A stretch of DNA of 64,000 bases from Bacteroidota bacterium. Its GTDB lineage: Bacteria; Bacteroidota; Bacteroidia; UBA7662. Positions 17,684 through 28,495 of the stretch are shown here, piece by piece; position 1 is the stretch's first letter; each line of letters begins with the position of its first letter. The notes below the pieces were generated by a model. It searched no databases and was not told the origin of the DNA. It worked only from the letters and a program-made list of their open reading frames with translations. The position numbers and the translations under genes were made by a program. The stretch spans positions 21,641 through 85,640 of the forward strand of contig SYHX01000055.1 of assembly GCA_005799025.1 (NCBI GenBank), given 5' to 3'.

Positions 17684-20566
17684 TTAAGGGGTATGATAGT
17701 TTCTGCCATCCCTATGCCCTGAACTTATTTGTGCGGTGGAATTGGAGGGCTGGTAAGAACCGTTTACATCCCCAGCACACAAGACTGCCCAGCCCAACTG
17801 CACGGAGCTAAGTCCGTTCCAAGTAAATTGAGCGGGTTCAACGAGCCAATCAGCTACTGCAAAATTGTTTATAAGGCCTGTCAAACGCCTGCTAATCAAC
17901 AAAGCATCCGTACCGTTGGTCACCAAATTACCGTTGACATCCCCGGACCTGATACGCAAAGAAGTCCAAGTGATTCCACCGCCGAAATAGCGGGCCACCT
18001 GCAAGGCATCCGATGCATTCACCCCACCCCATAGGCTGAGGGGACTGACTTCAAGCACAAAATCTCCACCGCCACCCTGCGGAACGACAAAGAGATAATT
18101 CCCCAACGTATCCGTGGTATCCACCGCCACCACTTGACCTGTACCTATTCGTCGAAGCCTGCATACTGCCCCTTGCAAATACAAAGGCGGGCTGCGGTCG
18201 TACGAAACACGACCCGAAAGCGTAGGTCCCAGACCGCATAGACGAATCAGCAAAACTTGATTTCCTTGGGCTTGCATGGCCACCGGCATAGGACTTCCCG
18301 AGCTCTGGATCCAATGAGCCCCTATTGCTGTATCCAGCCTCAAAGTTCCCATAGATCCGGCGGTTGTTAAGGACAAAACCAACAAAGACGATGCGTTGGT
18401 TGCCCTTGGCGAACCCGACCACGAAATGGTCCAAGAACCGGCAGCGCTGGTCCATTGGAGCGGTCCCCAAAAGGAATCAACCCATCCGCCTGGTGGTGTC
18501 CCAAAAGAACCAAGATCTCCCACCAATCTAATTTGCCAAGCGATTACCGCCGGCCGGGAGTTGGTCTGTATTCGGAGGATTGCGTTGCTTCCCTGACAAA
18601 CCGAATCCGCCACCATCGAAACACAAGCCGTGCCCAAACTAACCTGCTGAATCAATAGGCTATCGCATCCCCCTATGTTCCTGAGGGTGTCCACGTAGGT
18701 GCCCGATGAGGAAAAAATTCTTCCCCCTGGACCAACCACAGAAACACAGCCTTGCAAGGCAAAGGTGGAATCTGTTGCACGACATCCCGTGAGATTGTTA
18801 TTGCGGGTAACCGTGGAACTGCCTTTGAGGATAATCTGTTCCGGGTCAAGGCTGAAAGTAGAGACTGTTCCTGAAACGCTAAAGGCTTGCACAGTTGTTC
18901 CTGCTTGCAACCATATCGTTTGATTAGGAATCCCTGTATTCGAAAAGGAAAGGCGTATCGGGATTTTGTTCCGAAAAGTTGGAGTGACTGACGGCGTGGT
19001 CACTGATTGAGCCACCTGAACCCACAAATTATTGCCGGATTGATTCCAAGTCAAGCTGTAGGTTGGATGCCCCTGTCCGTAAATCCAATCCTGAAAAAAA
19101 GGCTGTAAATTAATCCCACTCCCCGCTTCCAGGTATTGCCTAAATTCATTGGTGGTTGCAACCGCATGCTGTCTTCCAAGCAAATACTGCCTCGCAGCCC
19201 TGAAGAAAACCGTATCCCCTAACTCATGCCGTAACATATGCAAAACACAAGCCCCCTTTTTGTAAGTCAATGCTGAACTAAATATGCGATTTTCGTCCGC
19301 TCCTGTTGGAACGTAGACCGATGCGTTGGTCACCGATCTTGCCGAGGATTGCGCCGAGGTCATCCAAGAATTTGCGGAACTTTGTCCCAAAGCCGCCTGG
19401 CGGTACAGGTATTCCCCATACGATGCCCAACCCTCATTCAGCCAAATATCACTCCATGTAGCGCAGGTCACAAGATCGCCAAACCACTGATGAGCAAGCT
19501 CATGAGATACCAAATCGGTGCTGAAGCCGCCCATGGTGCTCATGGTCTGGTGTTCCATCCCTCCCCCCAGAGGGGCCATCATGTGGCCATATTTCTCGGT
19601 ACGAAATGGATAGGTTATCCATTGCCCGGAAAAGCGCTCCAGCATATCCGATGTTTGATTCAAATTATTCAACCAGAAGTTGAGGCAGCTCTGTCCCGAA
19701 CTGTTGTTGGCATTGTACACCCAATGTTGAATCAAAACCGAATCCCCCGGAACCGGCCTTGCATAATTCAAATACTCCGTGTAAGGAGCCACCGAAAAGG
19801 CAATCAAATAAAAAGCCTGCGGATAACGGGTCCTCCATTCGAAGCGGCTACGGTTGTTGGGAAGAATTTGGGTGGAAAACAACAAACCGTTGGAAGCTAC
19901 TTTGTTGGGATTGGCACAGGAACCCACGAAATCCACGGAATCAATCTTATCCCAAAGATCCTGTTTACAAGGAAACCAATCCGGCGCTCCAAAGGGCTCG
20001 GATAGGGTCCAAGTCGCACGAACCCCCCAGGTCGAAGAAGCCGCCGAGGTCACCCCTGCAAAGAAACCTGTGCCCGAAGGGATTCCTCCGTAGAAAACCC
20101 TGCATTCAAGATTGGATCCAACCTGCAAGGCCTGGTTCAAAGGAAATTTAACCACCTCTCCTACACGGTTCAATTGAGAGGCCAAATAACGCTGCCCGTT
20201 GAAAACCACCGAATCAATAGTCAAAAACGACCGTAATTCAAACCAAAAAGTATCCATGGCTCCCTGCAGGACAATCGCTTTGAAAAGGACATTGCCACTT
20301 AGGGCAGTTGAAGCCGTGGTTACATTCAAATCAAAACGGTAATAATGAATGTCGTAGACATCTGCTCCCCGGTTGACAGCCGCGGCTCTTCCTAATCCAC
20401 TTTCGTGCCAGAGCCTGCTCCTTTGCATGGCACCTAACTTGGCCTCAGCACAGCCATGCTGTTCAATAGTCTGCGCCCACGAAGGTGAGCATCCAAGGAG
20501 AATGCCAAGCCAAAAAAAAGCTCCTAAGGCAACATGAACTATGCCCTGTGTTTGAATCCCTTTCAT
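17684..20566 (-). CDS. M1 family zinc aminopeptidase (gluzincin) with C-terminal CarboxypepD_reg-like and dockerin-like module
   Basis: Signal peptide, then HELAHQWFGDLVTCATWSDIWLNEGWASYGEY (the HExxH...E zinc site) and GGMEHQTM (GxMEN-like exopeptidase motif). The C-terminal ~110 aa has the pattern WGGVNASDALQVARYF....SGDVNGNLVTNGTDALLISRRL...GDVNGSYQP. The first ATG is at 20566 (the track start is TTG at 20572). Confidence 0.85.
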   Translation of the reverse strand: MKGIQTQGIVHVALGAFFWLGILLGCSPSWAQTIEQHGCAEAKLGAMQRSRLWHESGLGRAAAVNRGADVYDIHYYRFDLNVTTASTALSGNVLFKAIVLQGAMDTFWFELRSFLTIDSVVFNGQRYLASQLNRVGEVVKFPLNQALQVGSNLECRVFYGGIPSGTGFFAGVTSAASSTWGVRATWTLSEPFGAPDWFPCKQDLWDKIDSVDFVGSCANPNKVASNGLLFSTQILPNNRSRFEWRTRYPQAFYLIAFSVAPYTEYLNYARPVPGDSVLIQHWVYNANNSSGQSCLNFWLNNLNQTSDMLERFSGQWITYPFRTEKYGHMMAPLGGGMEHQTMSTMGGFSTDLVSHELAHQWFGDLVTCATWSDIWLNEGWASYGEYLYRQAALGQSSANSWMTSAQSSARSVTNASVYVPTGADENRIFSSALTYKKGACVLHMLRHELGDTVFFRAARQYLLGRQHAVATTNEFRQYLEAGSGINLQPFFQDWIYGQGHPTYSLTWNQSGNNLWVQVAQSVTTPSVTPTFRNKIPIRLSFSNTGIPNQTIWLQAGTTVQAFSVSGTVSTFSLDPEQIILKGSSTVTRNNNLTGCRATDSTFALQGCVSVVGPGGRIFSSSGTYVDTLRNIGGCDSLLIQQVSLGTACVSMVADSVCQGSNAILRIQTNSRPAVIAWQIRLVGDLGSFGTPPGGWVDSFWGPLQWTSAAGSWTISWSGSPRATNASSLLVLSLTTAGSMGTLRLDTAIGAHWIQSSGSPMPVAMQAQGNQVLLIRLCGLGPTLSGRVSYDRSPPLYLQGAVCRLRRIGTGQVVAVDTTDTLGNYLFVVPQGGGGDFVLEVSPLSLWGGVNASDALQVARYFGGGITWTSLRIRSGDVNGNLVTNGTDALLISRRLTGLINNFAVADWLVEPAQFTWNGLSSVQLGWAVLCAGDVNGSYQPSNSTAQISSGHRDGRNYHTP

Positions 20567-20630
20567 ACCCAAAGAAACGTACTTACCTCTCTGGAACGAA
20601 AGATAGAAAATTAAAAAAACTTAAGGCTTC

Positions 20631-22817
20631 TTACTTAAGAAATAACAACTCCCTGTATTTGGGGAGTGGCCACAACTCATTATCTACTAAGATTTCCAAT
20701 CGGTCGGCATGATCCCGAATGCTCTCCAAATAAGGCTTCACCTGCTCGCAATAGACCTGGGCTCTGGTTCGGGTGGACTCGATTTCGTTAGCTTTCTTGC
20801 GAGCTAAGCGCATTTTCTCGGTTTGCTCCACCATGGCGGCTATATGCTGCCCTATTGTTTCGGCCAATACTTTGAGAGAGGAATTGCTTTTGGCGGTAAT
20901 GCCCAGCTCCTTTTGCAAACGTAGATTCTCCAAACACCTTAGCTGATAAGTCATAGCGGCTGGTACAATTTGGGTAAGGCTTAATTCACCCACAACACGG
21001 GATTCGATTTGGAGCTTTTTGATATAATTCTCCAGCATAATTTCATGCCTGGCTTCGATTTCGCGTTCGGTGTACACCCCCATTTTCTCGAACAAAAGAA
21101 CGGTGGATTTGGACACCATGGCGTCCAATGCCTCCGGGGTGGTGCGAAAATTGGAAAGACCCCTTTTGGCTGCTTCTTTCTGCCATTCTTCCCCGTAACC
21201 ATTCCCCTCAAAGCGTATCTTCTTGGAGGTCTTGATGTATTTCTGCAGAACTTTGAGCAGAGCGCCTTCCCGGCTTTCGCCATCACCAATGGCTTTGTCC
21301 ACCTCTGATTTGAATGCGGTAAGGCTCTGGGCCATTGCCGAATTAAGGACAGTCATTGCCGCAGCGCAATTCGAAGCAGAACCTACCGCCCTCAATTCGA
21401 ATTTGTTACCCGTGAAGGCAAAGGGGGAGGTACGGTTTCTGTCAGTGTTATCGAGCAGAATTTCGGGGATTGCTTTGATTTGGTGCATCAGCGAGCGGAC
21501 CTCTACCTGGTCCTTATCTAATTTGCCTTTTTCGATTTCGTCCAAAACCCTGGACAATTGATCGCCCAAGAAGGCCGACATAATGGCCGGCGGTGCTTCG
21601 TTGGCACCAAGGCGGTGATCGTTCCCTGCGCTGGCTATGGACGCACGGATCAAATCGGCATGATCATGGAACGCTTTGATGGCATTGACAAAAAAAGTCA
21701 GGAACATCAAATTGCTTTTGGGAGTTTTACCCGGAGATAACAAATTTTTGCCAGTATTGGTCCCTAAAGACCAATTGTTGTGTTTGCCCGAGCCGTTGAC
21801 CCCTGCAAAAGGCTTCTCGTGCAATAACACGGTAATTCCATGTCGCTTAGATAACTTTTCCATCAAGTCCATGAGAAGCTGGTTATGGTCCACCGCTAGA
21901 TTAATTTCCTCAAACAAAGGTGCACATTCAAACTGGCCCGGGGCAACCTCGTTATGCCTTGTTTTGAGGGGAATTCCTAAACGGTAAGCCTCGTTCTCCA
22001 TGTCCACCATGAAGGTGTGCACCCGTTCCGGGATAGTTCCAAAGTAATGATCTTCAAGTTGTTGACCGCGCGCTGCGCCGTGACCGAACAAGGTGCGTCC
22101 CGACAAGACCAAATCTGGCCTGGCATCGAATAGCGCCGAATCCACCAGGAAGTACTCTTGTTCAACACCCAATGTTGGGAAAACACGAGTGATGTTCTTA
22201 TCGAAATACTGGCATACGGCAACACCTGCCTTTTCAACTGCGGCGAGGGATTTGAGCAGAGGAGATTTATAATCCAAGGACTCCCCGGTATAGGAAACGA
22301 AAATGGTGGGAATGCACAGGGTTTTGCCGGCAGGACTTTCCAGAACAAAGGCGGGAGAACTGGGATCCCATGCCGTATAACCTCTTGCTTCAAACGTGTT
22401 GCGGATACCCCCGCTGGGGAACGAAGACGCATCGGGCTCCTGCTGGACCAAGGCACCACCGCTAAAGGCCTCTATGGCCTCGCCATCGTTATTGAGGGAA
22501 AAGAAAGAATCGTGCTTCTCAGCAGTGGATCCAGTCAACGGCTGAAACCAGTGTGTGTAATGGGTGGCGCCTTTGGCCATGGCCCAATTTTTCATTCCGT
22601 TGGCAACCTGTCTAGCAATCTCTGAACTAATGCCATGACCTTGGTCGATGGCTTCGTTGAGGGCCTCGTAAATCTCCGGCGAAAGGAATTCACGCATTGC
22701 TTTCTTGTTAAAGACATTTTCGGCAAAGTGTTCTGAACTTTTGAAGGTTACGGGCATTGCAAAATGGGCCGCATTTTGACGGATGCTCTGAAGGGCTTGG
22801 TGGCGGAGATGGGCCAT
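20631..22817 (-). CDS. glnN: Glutamine synthetase type III
   Basis: Roughly 730 aa and collinear along its length with Bacteroides-type GSIII: ...THYTHWFQPLTGSTAEKHD..., ...KTRHNEVAPGQFE..., ...NGSGKHNNWSL..., ...RLGANEAPPAI... The ATG is at 22817 (MAHLRHQALQ); the track start is GTG. Confidence 0.95.
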   Translation of the reverse strand: MAHLRHQALQSIRQNAAHFAMPVTFKSSEHFAENVFNKKAMREFLSPEIYEALNEAIDQGHGISSEIARQVANGMKNWAMAKGATHYTHWFQPLTGSTAEKHDSFFSLNNDGEAIEAFSGGALVQQEPDASSFPSGGIRNTFEARGYTAWDPSSPAFVLESPAGKTLCIPTIFVSYTGESLDYKSPLLKSLAAVEKAGVAVCQYFDKNITRVFPTLGVEQEYFLVDSALFDARPDLVLSGRTLFGHGAARGQQLEDHYFGTIPERVHTFMVDMENEAYRLGIPLKTRHNEVAPGQFECAPLFEEINLAVDHNQLLMDLMEKLSKRHGITVLLHEKPFAGVNGSGKHNNWSLGTNTGKNLLSPGKTPKSNLMFLTFFVNAIKAFHDHADLIRASIASAGNDHRLGANEAPPAIMSAFLGDQLSRVLDEIEKGKLDKDQVEVRSLMHQIKAIPEILLDNTDRNRTSPFAFTGNKFELRAVGSASNCAAAMTVLNSAMAQSLTAFKSEVDKAIGDGESREGALLKVLQKYIKTSKKIRFEGNGYGEEWQKEAAKRGLSNFRTTPEALDAMVSKSTVLLFEKMGVYTEREIEARHEIMLENYIKKLQIESRVVGELSLTQIVPAAMTYQLRCLENLRLQKELGITAKSNSSLKVLAETIGQHIAAMVEQTEKMRLARKKANEIESTRTRAQVYCEQVKPYLESIRDHADRLEILVDNELWPLPKYRELLFLK

Positions 22818-22847
22818 GAGATACGAAGGTTTATGGTTTTGGATCAC

Positions 22848-23092
22848 AAATTTACTTAACTAGGATATAGAAAATCAGAATATCATCATTTTTTTTGAAA
22901 AAATCACACTTAAATCCTTTTTTTTATCAAATTTTTGGCTTTTTGGTAGGAAAAAACATTCTTTTTTCATAAAATTCATACAATAATTCATAGTTTGAGT
23001 CAAAATATTATATCTTAAAAATTAAATGTATTGATTCGTTACTTTGCCCTTCCCCTATCCCCTTCTGCCCCGTAAAACGTGTATTTTTGGCC
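22848..23092. promoter_or_regulatory. AT-rich divergent intergenic region upstream of glnN (minus strand) and of the ORF at 23093 (plus strand)
   Basis: This is the only non-coding stretch longer than 200 bp in the window. It has multiple T7-T9 runs (tcattttttttg, tccttttttttatc, cattcttttttcat) and is expected to hold the glnN promoter, 5' UTR and any nitrogen-responsive control element. Confidence 0.3.
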
Positions 23093-23818
23093 ATGCAAAG
23101 ACTATTGGAAGGTCACCACCCCGCGTGGAAATCTCTAGGGCTGCAATTTGCCATCGTTTTTTTGACGTTCGCGGTTTGGCTTCCCCCCACAACAGCGGGA
23201 ACTGACCCACAGCGGCGGCTAAACAAACCTGCTCTAGAGCTGCCAGACTCCTCCCAGACAACCAAGGTCGCACCCCGTTTGCGTAAAATTTCCGCCCGTA
23301 AATTGCCCTTGGAAATATTAGAAGAGTTCCGGAAGGATTATCCTGCCGCTGTAGAGCTGGAATGGCAATCAAGGAATGTGCTGGAATCGGAAGTATTGGG
23401 GTTTTCCCAAACCAGTACTTCGGAATCCCTTTTGGTGCTTCGTCTTGATTCCAAAATATACCGTGTTCAGGGATATAATTTAGGGCAGTATTTCACGGCA
23501 ACCTATCGCAATAACATAAGACAAAATTACGCGGTTCTCGAAAGCTGCGAAAACCTTGCGACCGTTCCGAAATCATCCTTACAAAGTAACTATCCCGGCT
23601 GGAATTGCCTCGCATTCACGCAGATTTCCACCAACGGTAAAATATCGCAACATCGAATTTTGGCTACCCAGTCTGACCAACGTCAAACCCAAATCTTCGT
23701 CGTCGATACCGATGGAAAGGTCCTGACCGTTGAATCTCTAAAGCAATGGAAAAGAATGCCTTACAAAAGATTGAAGAATGAATCTCGGCGTCTTCAACTT
23801 TTGACAACTTCCCCTTAG
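23093..23818 (+). CDS. Hypothetical exported/membrane-anchored protein, possibly PepSY-like repeat protein
   Basis: N-terminal hydrophobic segment [16 protein letters not shown]. Two segments loosely resemble PepSY-like (DUF2874) repeats: [22 protein letters not shown] and [17 protein letters not shown]. The function is unknown. Confidence 0.3.
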   Translation: MQRLLEGHHPAWKSLGLQFAIVFLTFAVWLPPTTAGTDPQRRLNKPALELPDSSQTTKVAPRLRKISARKLPLEILEEFRKDYPAAVELEWQSRNVLESEVLGFSQTSTSESLLVLRLDSKIYRVQGYNLGQYFTATYRNNIRQNYAVLESCENLATVPKSSLQSNYPGWNCLAFTQISTNGKISQHRILATQSDQRQTQIFVVDTDGKVLTVESLKQWKRMPYKRLKNESRRLQLLTTSP

Positions 23819-23838
23819 CCCGTTATTATTCCAAACCC

Positions 23839-26109
23839 ATGGCTCAACTGTCCTCTACCCTTATTCCGAACGACGGCATCCCCATGCCTTCCGTCGAAAC
23901 GGCCCAAACCTTGGGCCTTTTGGATGAAGAGTACCAAGCCATTCAGAAATATTTGGGCCGGGATCCCAATTTCACGGAACTCAGCATTTACTCCGTGATG
24001 TGGAGCGAACATTGTTCGTATAAGAATTCCATCCAATGGCTCAAAACCTTACCCCGAGAAGGTGATTGCATGCTTGCCAAAGCGGGCGAAGAAAATGCGG
24101 GCTTGGTGGATATTGGCGATGGACTCGCCTGCGCTTTCAAGATTGAGTCCCACAACCATCCATCGGCTATCGAGCCCTACCAGGGAGCAGCAACAGGGGT
24201 TGGTGGGATCAACCGGGATATTTTCACCATGGGGGCAAGACCCGTTGCTCAATTGAACAGCCTTCGCTTCGGGAAGGCGGACCATCCCAAGACCCACTGG
24301 CTTATTCGGGGCATTGTTCGAGGGATTGGCGATTACGGCAATGCCTTTGGGATTCCAACGGTGGGTGGCGAAGTGTTTTTTGATGACTGTTTTCAAGTCA
24401 ATCCCTTGGTCAATGCCATGAGCGCAGGGATTGTTCGTCACGGCGAAACGGTCAAAGCCATTTCCGAGGGCCCCGGTAACCCGGTTTTCATCGTAGGGTC
24501 CAGGACTGGCAAAGACGGAATCCATGGGGCAGCTTTCGCATCCAAAGACTTGGGCGAAAATGCCGCAGAAGATCTACCTTCGGTACAGGTCGGGGACCCC
24601 TTTCAGGAAAAGCTCTTGCTTGAGGCAACCCTTGAACTGATTCGAACAGGCTCGGTCGTAGGCATGCAAGATATGGGAGCTGCGGGAATCATATGTTCCA
24701 CCTCCGAAATGTCCGCCAAAGGCCAAGCCGGCATGCGTATCCAATTGGACCAAGTTCCCACACGTCAGGCCCGCATGCAGGGTTGGGAATTGCTGCTTTC
24801 GGAATCCCAGGAGAGGATGTTGGTTGTTGCCCATCGGGGTCGAGAACATGAAGTCATGGCAGTCTTCCACAAATGGGATATCCCCTGTGAACAAATTGGA
24901 GAAGTGATCGAAGGCGAGCATCTGGAATTTTACATGCAGGAGCAATTGATTGCCAAGGTGCCTGCAGACAGCCTAGTTTTGGGTGGAGGCGCTCCTGTCT
25001 ATACCCGGAATTACAGTCAACCGACCTATATCCAAGTGATTAAGTCCTTTGATCCTGACCAGATCCAGGTTCCGGGCAATACGGTTGAAGAAATGTTACC
25101 GATTTTGGAGCATTTAAGTGCTCATCCCAACCTTTGCTCCAAAGAATGGGTAGCCAGGCAATACGATGACACCATTGGCACTGCCCACCTCGGCACACGG
25201 AATCCCTCCGATGCTTCGTTGGTTTGGATCAAAGAAAACGGGAAAGCGTTGGCGCTTACGGTGGACTGTAATTCACGTTATGTCCATGCCGACCCGTACC
25301 AAGGAGCAGCTATTGCAGTTGCCGAAGCAGCTCGTAACATTGTTTGCTCCGGAGCCAAGCCTCTGGCCGTTACCAATTGCCTAAACTTTGGCAACCCGTA
25401 TAACCCGGAAGTGTATTGGCAATTCGTCAAGGCCATTGAGGGGATGGGCATGGCCTGCCGGGCATTGAATACTCCTGTTACGGGTGGTAATGTAAGCTTT
25501 TATAACCAATCATCTTACGAAGGACCGGTGATGCCATCCCCCGTGATCGGCATGCTGGGCCTGCTTGACGATCTGACCCATCAACAAACTTTGGACTTCA
25601 AACAAGCTGGGGATTTGATTTATCTATTAGGTCCTCTGCATAACGATCTCGGTTCTTCTCAATACCTCTATTCGTACCGCCAAGTGAAATTAAGTCCCTG
25701 CCCTTCCTTGGACATGCAGGCCGAGCAAGCTCTACACGAGGCCCTTCATGCCTTGACGCATCAACAATTGGTTTTGTCCATGCATGATGTCTCGGATGGA
25801 GGGGTTTGGATCAGCCTTCTTGAATCGGCCCTGCATCACAAATTAGGATTCGACGTTAAATCTTCGGATAAGATTCGACGGGATGCCTTTTGGTTTGGCG
25901 AAGGTCAAAGCCGAGCCCTGGTCAGCATTGACCCCTCTGAGCAATTCGCATTGGAACAATGTTTGGACGGCCTGGGACATCCTTACTTCCCAATAGGAGT
26001 AGTAACCCAAGGCTCCATCATGCTAGATGAAATAGAATTACCTAGCATTGAGCATTTTGAAACTCTGTATCGCCATAGCCTAGCGAACAAATTGAACGCT
26101 TCCTCCTGA
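23839..26109 (+). CDS. purL: Phosphoribosylformylglycinamidine synthase subunit PurL (FGAM synthase II)
   Basis: [18 protein letters not shown] and [29 protein letters not shown], with duplicated PurM-like domains. Length is 756 aa. Confidence 0.95.
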   Translation: MAQLSSTLIPNDGIPMPSVETAQTLGLLDEEYQAIQKYLGRDPNFTELSIYSVMWSEHCSYKNSIQWLKTLPREGDCMLAKAGEENAGLVDIGDGLACAFKIESHNHPSAIEPYQGAATGVGGINRDIFTMGARPVAQLNSLRFGKADHPKTHWLIRGIVRGIGDYGNAFGIPTVGGEVFFDDCFQVNPLVNAMSAGIVRHGETVKAISEGPGNPVFIVGSRTGKDGIHGAAFASKDLGENAAEDLPSVQVGDPFQEKLLLEATLELIRTGSVVGMQDMGAAGIICSTSEMSAKGQAGMRIQLDQVPTRQARMQGWELLLSESQERMLVVAHRGREHEVMAVFHKWDIPCEQIGEVIEGEHLEFYMQEQLIAKVPADSLVLGGGAPVYTRNYSQPTYIQVIKSFDPDQIQVPGNTVEEMLPILEHLSAHPNLCSKEWVARQYDDTIGTAHLGTRNPSDASLVWIKENGKALALTVDCNSRYVHADPYQGAAIAVAEAARNIVCSGAKPLAVTNCLNFGNPYNPEVYWQFVKAIEGMGMACRALNTPVTGGNVSFYNQSSYEGPVMPSPVIGMLGLLDDLTHQQTLDFKQAGDLIYLLGPLHNDLGSSQYLYSYRQVKLSPCPSLDMQAEQALHEALHALTHQQLVLSMHDVSDGGVWISLLESALHHKLGFDVKSSDKIRRDAFWFGEGQSRALVSIDPSEQFALEQCLDGLGHPYFPIGVVTQGSIMLDEIELPSIEHFETLYRHSLANKLNASS

Positions 26110-26136
26110 AGGAATTGAAATCCGATTCGTGACCCT

Positions 26137-27009
26137 TTAAAGCGGATGGATTTTGGAAATTTTGAGGCTTAAATCAAGGGCCTCCACGCTATGGGTCAAA
26201 GCCCCAATCGACAGGAAATCCACCCCAGTCTCTGCATATTCTACCAAATTATCCCAACGAATGTTACCGCTTGCTTCGGTTTGAAGCAAAGAGGTTGGCT
26301 TTTGTTCCCCTTTTTCGCTCAGGATAGCCACGGCCTCTGCCAAGAGAGGTACAGAAAAATTATCAAGTAACACGCGATCCACGGGACCGGCTTTCAGGAG
26401 GGTATTCAGTTCTTCCAAATTACGCACCTCCACAATCACCGGAATCTCAAAATTTTCCCGGGAAAGATATTTATGAACAGCTTCCAACGCCTCTTGGATA
26501 CCACCGCAAGCATCCACATGGTTATCCTTAACCAGAATCGCGTCGTAAAGGCCCATGCGGTGATTCACACCGCCCCCGCATCGTACGGCTTCTTTCTCCA
26601 TGGCGCGGTGGAGGGGAGTGGTTTTGCGGGTGTCCAATAGGCGGCAAGAGGTATGTGCGATTTTATCCGACCATGAGCGGGTCCTCGTAGCAATACCGCT
26701 CATGCGCTGAAGTATATTCAGGAAAAGTCGCTCTGCCTGCAAAATCGAAGCCACAGATCCTGTAACCTCCAGAATGATCTCCCCTTTATGAATATGGTCG
26801 CCATCATTACGCATCGTCTTGACCTCAAGACGGGGATCCACCTGCGTCAATACCTGCAGGGCTGTGGACATTCCTGCCAAGACCCCTTCGGCTTTGACCA
26901 GTAAATATGCTGAACCACTTTGTTCGGGTGGAATACAAGCCTTGGTGGTATGGTCGCCGGAACCTAAATCCTCTTGCAGGGCCCACCGTATATAGTCATC
27001 AATTTTCAT
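26137..27009 (-). CDS. nadC: Nicotinate-nucleotide diphosphorylase (carboxylating)
   Basis: QPRTase family: MKIDDYIRWALQEDLGSGDHTT at the N-terminus and LLDNFSV....IEASGNI in the TIM-barrel C-terminus. Length is 290 aa. Confidence 0.9.
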   Translation of the reverse strand: MKIDDYIRWALQEDLGSGDHTTKACIPPEQSGSAYLLVKAEGVLAGMSTALQVLTQVDPRLEVKTMRNDGDHIHKGEIILEVTGSVASILQAERLFLNILQRMSGIATRTRSWSDKIAHTSCRLLDTRKTTPLHRAMEKEAVRCGGGVNHRMGLYDAILVKDNHVDACGGIQEALEAVHKYLSRENFEIPVIVEVRNLEELNTLLKAGPVDRVLLDNFSVPLLAEAVAILSEKGEQKPTSLLQTEASGNIRWDNLVEYAETGVDFLSIGALTHSVEALDLSLKISKIHPL

Positions 27010-27081
27010 AACGAAAGGAAAAGCGCATTGAACAAGCTCTGGCGCTTTAAAAAATCAAAAAAACAAAATTATTCCAAAGGG

Positions 27082-28458
27082 TTAATTCCCCGACTGCAAA
27101 CGCACGTAATGCGCAAAGAAATGGGGAATTGTTTCGATTCCTTTGAAATAATTAAAGACGCCGTAATGTTCATTCGGGGAGTGCAAGGCATCCGAGTCCA
27201 AGCCGAAACCCATCAGGACAGATTTAAGTCCTAATTCCTTTTCAAAAAGAGCCACAATGGGAATACTTCCACCGCCTCGAGTGGGAATGGGGCTTATCCC
27301 AAAGGTATCCAGCATAGCCAAGGACGCGGCCCGAAAAGCTACGCTGTCGGTAGGGGTAACCACCGGCTCTCCACCATGATGAGGTCTGACTTCCACCTGA
27401 ACCCCTGGAGGCGCGATCGATCGAAAATAGCGACTAAACAATTCTGTGGCTGACTCGGAACTCTGATGCGGAACCAAACGCATGGATATTTTGGCATAGG
27501 CCTTGGACGGTAGCACGGTCTTGGAACCTTCGCCGATATACCCCCCCCAAATACCGTTCACATCGAGGGTTGGCCGTATCCCCGTGCGCTCCATGGTATT
27601 ATAGCCTTCCTCGCCGCGCAATGCCTTAATTCCCAAATCTTTCATGTAGGCTTCTGCATCGAAGGGGGCTCGGTTCAACTCATCGCGTTCCGATTGGGTC
27701 AATTCTTGCACTTGATCATAGAAACCCGGTATCGTAATGCGACCCTGCACATCGTGCATTTGTGCAATCATCCCGCACAGGGCGTTGATGGGGTTAGTGA
27801 CGGCACCTCCGTAAACTCCGGAATGCAAATCCCGGTTGGGGCCGGTAACTTCAACTTCCAAATACGACAAACCGCGCAGACCAGAATCAATACTTGGAAC
27901 ATCATTGGCAATCATGCTGGTATCAGAAATAAGCACAACATCTGCGCGAAGGCGCTCTTTGTTCTCAACAATAAACGACGCGAGATTGGCTGAGCCCACT
28001 TCTTCTTCGCCCTCAATCATGAATTTGATATTGCAAGGAAGTGCATCGTAACGCATCATGTATTCGAATGCTTTGACATGCATGTAAACCTGTCCCTTAT
28101 CATCGCAGGCACCGCGGGCGTAAATTTTACCATCCCGAATTTCAGGCTCAAAAGGCGGGCTATGCCACAATTCGTAAGGATCTGCCGGCTGAACATCGTA
28201 ATGACCATACACCAAGACGGTAGGCAAGGCAGGGTCCAGGATGCGTTCCCCGTATACCACGGGATAACCCGCCGTGGGACAAACCTCCACCTGGTCCGCA
28301 CCAGCTTCCTTGAGTCGATCGGCTACGAATTGAGCCGCCTCAAAAACATCCTCGCTGAAATCCGGATTGGCCGAAACAGAGGGAATTCTTAACAAATCAA
28401 ACAACTCGTCCAGTAGGCGCTGGCGGTTTTCTTCGATAAAATGCTGGGGTGTGTTCAT
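27082..28458 (-). CDS. M20 family dipeptidase/peptidase (ArgE/DapE/PepV-like)
   Basis: The metal-binding and catalytic motifs VYGHYDVQPADP and YARGACDDKGQV are present, along with GGSIP near the C-terminus. Length is 458 aa. Confidence 0.85.
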   Translation of the reverse strand: MNTPQHFIEENRQRLLDELFDLLRIPSVSANPDFSEDVFEAAQFVADRLKEAGADQVEVCPTAGYPVVYGERILDPALPTVLVYGHYDVQPADPYELWHSPPFEPEIRDGKIYARGACDDKGQVYMHVKAFEYMMRYDALPCNIKFMIEGEEEVGSANLASFIVENKERLRADVVLISDTSMIANDVPSIDSGLRGLSYLEVEVTGPNRDLHSGVYGGAVTNPINALCGMIAQMHDVQGRITIPGFYDQVQELTQSERDELNRAPFDAEAYMKDLGIKALRGEEGYNTMERTGIRPTLDVNGIWGGYIGEGSKTVLPSKAYAKISMRLVPHQSSESATELFSRYFRSIAPPGVQVEVRPHHGGEPVVTPTDSVAFRAASLAMLDTFGISPIPTRGGGSIPIVALFEKELGLKSVLMGFGLDSDALHSPNEHYGVFNYFKGIETIPHFFAHYVRLQSGN

Positions 28459-28495
28459 AGGGTAAAGTTAGCAAAGAGGCAGGAGCAAAGAAGCA

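Noticed and set aside
17684-18080. Canonical T9SS C-terminal sorting domain on the M1, S8 and GH18 enzymes
   Set aside because: The C-termini do not show the type A (TIGR04183) or type B (TIGR04131) CTD signatures as I remember them. Instead they share a dockerin-like DxNxxGxVN repeat module. I report them as a distinct module, but an HMM search is needed.
23055-23372. Minus-strand ORF 23055-23372 in the glnN upstream region
   Set aside because: It overlaps the plus-strand ORF 23093-23818 and the AT-rich promoter region. It has no motifs and is judged spurious.
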